Positions 60,677-64,000 of a DNA stretch of 64,000 nucleotides are shown here, in pieces. The notes under the pieces are model-generated. The model was given only the letters and a program-made list of their open reading frames with translations. It was not told the DNA's origin and did no database searches. Position numbers and translations under genes: made by a program. This stretch comes from an uncultured Gammaproteobacteria bacterium (GTDB taxonomy: Bacteria > Patescibacteriota > Patescibacteriia > Buchananbacterales > UBA6539). How positions within the stretch are numbered: the first letter of the stretch is position 1; the number at the start of each line of letters is the position of its first letter. The DNA lies in the NCBI GenBank assembly GCA_964535715.1, contig CAZHUO010000001.1, positions 31,696-95,695 of the forward strand, read 5' to 3'.

Positions 60677-61876
60677 CTAGATTTTTTTCATTGCACCCCC
60701 GATATGCATGCCTTTTGGAACGACAATTATGTTATTTTCTTTAAGGACAATACCGGGGTATTGCTCGGCTTCAGCTTCGGGATTTTGACCAAGTATGACG
60801 CCGTCGCCAAACGAGGCTGATTTGTCAGCAATAACCCGGTGCAGACTTACTCCTATTCCAACTTGAACTTTGTCAAAAAGGACTGAATCATTAATTAGAC
60901 TGTATTGAGCCACTTTGGTGCGAGTTGAAAGAACCGAGGAGGATACACTGCCGGCAATAATGCTGCCTGAGCATATTACGGCATCATGAATACTGCAACC
61001 GTTTATGCCTTTAAGCGGGGCAAAGTCGCGTGACAGATGATATATCGGCCATTTTTCGTTATACATGTTAAATGCCGGCTTTGGACCCACTAAGTCCATA
61101 TTGCCTTTCCAAAGAGTATCAATAGTTCCAACATCAAGCCAGTAATCGTCATGTTCGAATAGCGCGACTGAATAATCTGAACTGGCAATGACATGGGGAA
61201 TGACATGCTTGCCAAAATCATCGCCCGGATAGTCAGCCAAAAGATTTTTTAGCCTGTCAATGCTCACTATATAAATGCCAAGATTTGCCAGGGCATAGTT
61301 AGTGCCGGGAACCAGGGGCGGATCTGACGGCTTTTCAACAAAGTCAATAGTTTTACCTTGACTGTCCACAATAAAGACTCCAAGTTCCTTGGCATCTTCA
61401 GCCGGTATTTTTTTGACAACCACTGTCATTGCCGCGCCTTGTCTTTTGTGAAGTTCAATTAAAGGACCGTAATCCATCTGATATATGTGATCGCCGGATG
61501 CAACCAGCATATATTTATAACCTTTTTCGAGTAGATAGGCGCTTTTTTTTATTGCATCAAAGGTGCCGGAGAAAAGTCCATCCTCGCCATGATGAAGCAG
61601 CGGAGTGATTTGGCCATCAATTGCCGTACCAAGGTCATGGCGCATGAATGTTTTATTCAAATGATGGTTGATTTTATTTGAGTGGATCTGAAGCAAAACA
61701 TCGATTTTGCGAATCGATGGCGTATTGATGCCATTACTGACAACAATATCGATTAAGCAGCGATCCATAAAAGGAACCAGTGGTTTGGGGCGATCTTCCG
61801 CATTTTCTCCGGTTAAAGGATTTAACCTGGTACCTAAGCCGCCAGCTAAAATTACCATTCTTGTGTCGGAAAGCAT
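60677..61876 (-). CDS. glgC: Glucose-1-phosphate adenylyltransferase-like protein (ADP-glucose pyrophosphorylase family)
   Basis: ILAGGLGTRLNPLT, KP.VPF, SGDHIYQMDY, FVEKP, DFGKHVIP, YW.DVGTID, C-terminal beta-helix; GGAGG SD before ATG at 61876. Confidence 0.85.
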   Translation of the reverse strand: MLSDTRMVILAGGLGTRLNPLTGENAEDRPKPLVPFMDRCLIDIVVSNGINTPSIRKIDVLLQIHSNKINHHLNKTFMRHDLGTAIDGQITPLLHHGEDGLFSGTFDAIKKSAYLLEKGYKYMLVASGDHIYQMDYGPLIELHKRQGAAMTVVVKKIPAEDAKELGVFIVDSQGKTIDFVEKPSDPPLVPGTNYALANLGIYIVSIDRLKNLLADYPGDDFGKHVIPHVIASSDYSVALFEHDDYWLDVGTIDTLWKGNMDLVGPKPAFNMYNEKWPIYHLSRDFAPLKGINGCSIHDAVICSGSIIAGSVSSSVLSTRTKVAQYSLINDSVLFDKVQVGIGVSLHRVIADKSASFGDGVILGQNPEAEAEQYPGIVLKENNIIVVPKGMHIGGAMKKI

Positions 61877-61949
61877 TTTATATCCTCCATTTTGTATTTG
61901 GTTTTCATTGAACAAAAAATTCAGCAAAATGAATAATGCTGAATAATAT

Positions 61950-61978
61950 ATGCTAAGCTATTTTGTTGGATTTGTCAA
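61950..61978 (-). promoter_or_regulatory. Putative sigma70 promoter of glgC
   Basis: TTGACA-17 bp-TAGCAT on minus. Confidence 0.6.
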
Positions 61979-61996
61979 GACTTTTGGTAAAAAAGT

Positions 61997-62273
61997 GGGC
62001 GCGACAAATCATGTGGATTGTGTCGCGCCCTGAAATTAGACTTCTAAAGCGGGGTAAGGTTCGTCAATTTGACGAATAGAAAGAAAGCTTTCAGAAGTCA
62101 TAGAATGGGTAATTATTGGGCGCAGCCTGGCTGTCGTCGGTAAAGTGTGCCAGGCTGCGCTATGTGGCACGTTTGCGTGCCAACGCGAAAGGAGCAAAAT
62201 GGTGGGGGCGGACTCAACCGGTTTTGTAGGGGAGAAAAGCAAAAAACCTACATATCCAGGAATCAACGCCCCC
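61997..62273 (-). ncRNA. RNA array 2: hairpins 61997-62030, 62039-62099, 62117-62182 and a 74-nt ACCA-ended rod 62200-62273
   Basis: GGGGGCG/CGCCCCC-ACCA rod with GATTC/GAGTC, CTGG/CCGG, TGTAGG/CCTACA and a pyrimidine loop; 12-bp GCGCAGCCTGGC stem followed by CCA. Confidence 0.6.
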
Positions 62274-62302
62274 ATAATAAAAAAGAGCCGAATAAAGATC
62301 TA

Positions 62303-62377
62303 GGAGTGAGGGCGGGAATCGAACCCGCGACTTAGGTAATGGCTTTTCCTTGCTCTACCGCTGAGCTACCTCACTCC
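62303..62377 (-). tRNA. Pseudo/atypical tRNA (GCC in a non-canonical anticodon loop)
   Basis: Canonical TAGCTCAGCGGTAGAGC D arm and GCGGG-TTCGATT-CCCGC T arm; 9-bp GGAGTGAGG/CCTCACTCC acceptor; loop AA-GCC-AT lacks U33. Confidence 0.75.
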
Positions 62378-62411
62378 AGGGCCAAGGCAGGCCAAAAAAT
62401 TTTGTATTTAA

Positions 62412-62440
62412 AATATAATAGATTATTTATTAATAGTCAA
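62412..62440 (-). promoter_or_regulatory. Putative sigma70 promoter of RNA array 2
   Basis: TTGACT-17 bp-TATATT on minus. Confidence 0.6.
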
Positions 62441-62466
62441 GTTTAACGGGTAATGTAATTAAAAAA

Positions 62467-62632
62467 GGCGGATTCTTTGATTTCATTTAGGGAGTGGGAG
62501 GGATTTGGTGTAAATCAAAGATTGCGCCGTGGCTTGGATAAAAATGTGGCGTAGCCCGGTTTTTTTCTGTTTGTTGGTGTCTGTCTATGTTTTGTCTGTC
62601 GGGCTACGCCTATTGGCACCATTGCGGTGCCA
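62467..62632 (-). ncRNA. RNA array 3: hairpins 62467-62528, 62548-62610, 62614-62632
   Basis: CTTTGATTT/AAATCAAAG stem with C-rich loop on minus; 11-bp GGCGTAGCCCG stem with A/C-rich loop; TGGCACC/GGTGCCA hairpin. Confidence 0.55.
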
Positions 62633-62662
62633 GGAGAAAAGGAACAAATCTATGTATTATGT

Positions 62663-62713
62663 AAAATATCAAACTATTTTAGTCTTGTCAAATATAAAAA
62701 AAATCTGTATAAT
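62663..62713. promoter_or_regulatory. Overlapping divergent sigma70 promoters (gatCA on plus, RNA array 3 on minus)
   Basis: Plus: TTGTCA(62685)-17-TATAAT(62708). Minus: TTGACA(62691)-17-TATTTT with extended TG. Confidence 0.6.
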
Positions 62714-62727
62714 GTAAAGGTGTATTT

Positions 62728-63018
62728 ATGAAGTTATCAAAAGAAGAAGTAAAACATATTGCCCTTTTGGCCAGATTAGGGCTGACTGAAGAGGAAATAG
62801 AAAGATATGCAAACCAAATTTCTTCGATTTTGGATTATGTTGAAATACTTAAAGAAGTAAACACCGATGGCATTGAGCCAACCGCTCAAGTGACCGGGCT
62901 GGAAAATGTTATGCGCGAAGATGTAATGAATAAATCAGATAATGAGACAATGAAAAAATTAATTGAAATGGCTCCGGAACAAGAAGATAATTTGGTTAAG
63001 ACGCGTTCTGTTTTTTAG
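62728..63018 (+). CDS. gatC: Asp-tRNA(Asn)/Glu-tRNA(Gln) amidotransferase subunit C
   Basis: EEVKHIALLARL, ILDYV..L.EVNTDGIEPT, NVMRED. Confidence 0.96.
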   Translation: MKLSKEEVKHIALLARLGLTEEEIERYANQISSILDYVEILKEVNTDGIEPTAQVTGLENVMREDVMNKSDNETMKKLIEMAPEQEDNLVKTRSVF

Positions 63019-63077
63019 ATTAATCACTTAATATAAAGTATTGAACACATAACAAATTGTTCGATGCTCCATGTTTC

Positions 63078-64000
63078 ATGAACTTAAACGAACTCACAAT
63101 TAAACAAGCCAATGAAGGTTTAAAGAAAAAAGACTTTAGTTCAGTTGAGCTGACTAAGGTATGTTTAGATAGAATAAAAAAAATTGACAATATTATCGAA
63201 GCTTTCATTACTGTCACTGAAGATGTAGCAATTAAACAGGCTGAAGCTGCCGACAAGCAAGGCGACTTTTCGAATCCCTTGGCCGGAATTCCACATGCGC
63301 CTAAAGATGTTTTTTGTACTAAAGGAATCAGATCAACCGGCGCTTCTAGAATTTTAGAAAATTATATACCGCCCTATGATGCAACGGCAGTAAAAAAAAT
63401 AAACGAAGTCAAGGGAATAACTTTGGGAAAAGTCAATTGCGATGAATTTGCAATGGGCGGTTCCGGCGAGAATTCCGGCTATTTTATTACTAAAAATCCT
63501 TGGGATTTACAGAGAGTCCCGGGCGGAAGCTGCAGCGGATCAGCTGCGGCGGTTTCTTCTGATATGTGCTTTTATTCTTTAGGTACTGATACTGGCGGTT
63601 CAATCCGCCAGCCGGCAGGTTTTTGCGGAATTACCGGATTAAAAGTTACATATGGAAGAGTTTCCCGTTTTGGTGTTATGGCCATGGCGTCTTCGTTGGA
63701 CACAATTGGCCCGATTACCAAAAGCGTTGAAGATGCGGCTATTGTCCTTAAAGCCATTGCTGGAAAAGATAAGTTGGATTCAACCACTCCTGATGTGAAA
63801 GTTGATGATTATGAAATGGAAATGAAAAAGGATATTAAAGGATTGAAAGTCGGCTTGCCAAAAGAATATTTTGTCGACGGCATGGACAAAGAGGTTAAAG
63901 AGATAGTAATGGCTGCCGTTAAAAAATTGGAAGGCCTTGGGGCAAAAATTGTTGATATCAGCTTGCCTTATACCGACAAAGCGGTGGCGGTTTATTATAT
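63078..64000 (+). CDS. gatA: Amidotransferase subunit A, runs off the window end
   Basis: MNLNELTI..., GKVNCDEFAMG, TKNPWD..RVPGGSCSGSAAAV, LGTDTGGSIRQPA; follows gatC. Confidence 0.96.
   Translation, partial: MNLNELTIKQANEGLKKKDFSSVELTKVCLDRIKKIDNIIEAFITVTEDVAIKQAEAADKQGDFSNPLAGIPHAPKDVFCTKGIRSTGASRILENYIPPYDATAVKKINEVKGITLGKVNCDEFAMGGSGENSGYFITKNPWDLQRVPGGSCSGSAAAVSSDMCFYSLGTDTGGSIRQPAGFCGITGLKVTYGRVSRFGVMAMASSLDTIGPITKSVEDAAIVLKAIAGKDKLDSTTPDVKVDDYEMEMKKDIKGLKVGLPKEYFVDGMDKEVKEIVMAAVKKLEGLGAKIVDISLPYTDKAVAVYY

Noticed and set aside
62200-62273. tmRNA or a piece of it
   Set aside because: GGGGGCG..ACCA resembles tmRNA ends but there is no G3-U70 pair, no T arm and no tag reading frame
59934-62632. 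Y RNA (Ro60-associated) locus
   Set aside because: Long stems, pyrimidine loops and tRNA mimics are reminiscent, but I see no canonical bulged GUCCGA/UUGAC Ro site and no rsr or rtcB gene in the window; not excluded without an Rfam search
62036-62717. Short ORFs (62-79 aa) in the RNA array region
   Set aside because: They overlap tRNA-like structures, have atypical composition and lack SD or recognisable motifs

Overview
AT-rich bacterial chromosomal window using genetic code 11. Gene content (giant Cys-rich surface protein, PrgI/VirB4/VirB6-like locus, complete type IV pilus operon, few Shine-Dalgarno sites, palindrome-filled intergenic gaps) suggests a Patescibacteria/CPR (Parcubacteria-like) organism; this is an inference. 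Order: >3400-aa Cys-rich protein, T4SS-like locus interrupted by a GIY-YIG gene with a REP-like array and metK, comF, tRNA-Ser with a tandem GIY-YIG mini-cassette, tRNA-Arg(GCG), recG, then minus-strand mpg, radA, two hypotheticals, clpC, htpX, lemA, then two surface proteins, the pilMNO(P)-pilB-receiver-pilT-like-pilC-pilin operon with two GT-C glycosyltransferases, pilD and minor pilins, ligA, an ORF-poor region around an orphan glgC, and gatC-gatA (truncated). The most unusual observations are non-coding: (1) three minus-strand, sigma70-promoter-headed arrays of degenerate tRNAs and long hairpin RNAs, several ending in encoded CCA (59.9-62.6 kb); (2) a four-copy non-autonomous element without terminal inverted repeats, always flanked by a TTTATT direct repeat, with one copy in frame inside a signal peptide and one with its empty site preserved next door; (3) a 403-bp integrase-free GIY-YIG cassette tandemly repeated at the tRNA-Ser 3' end. 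All assignments were made by eye; no database searches or folding programs were run.
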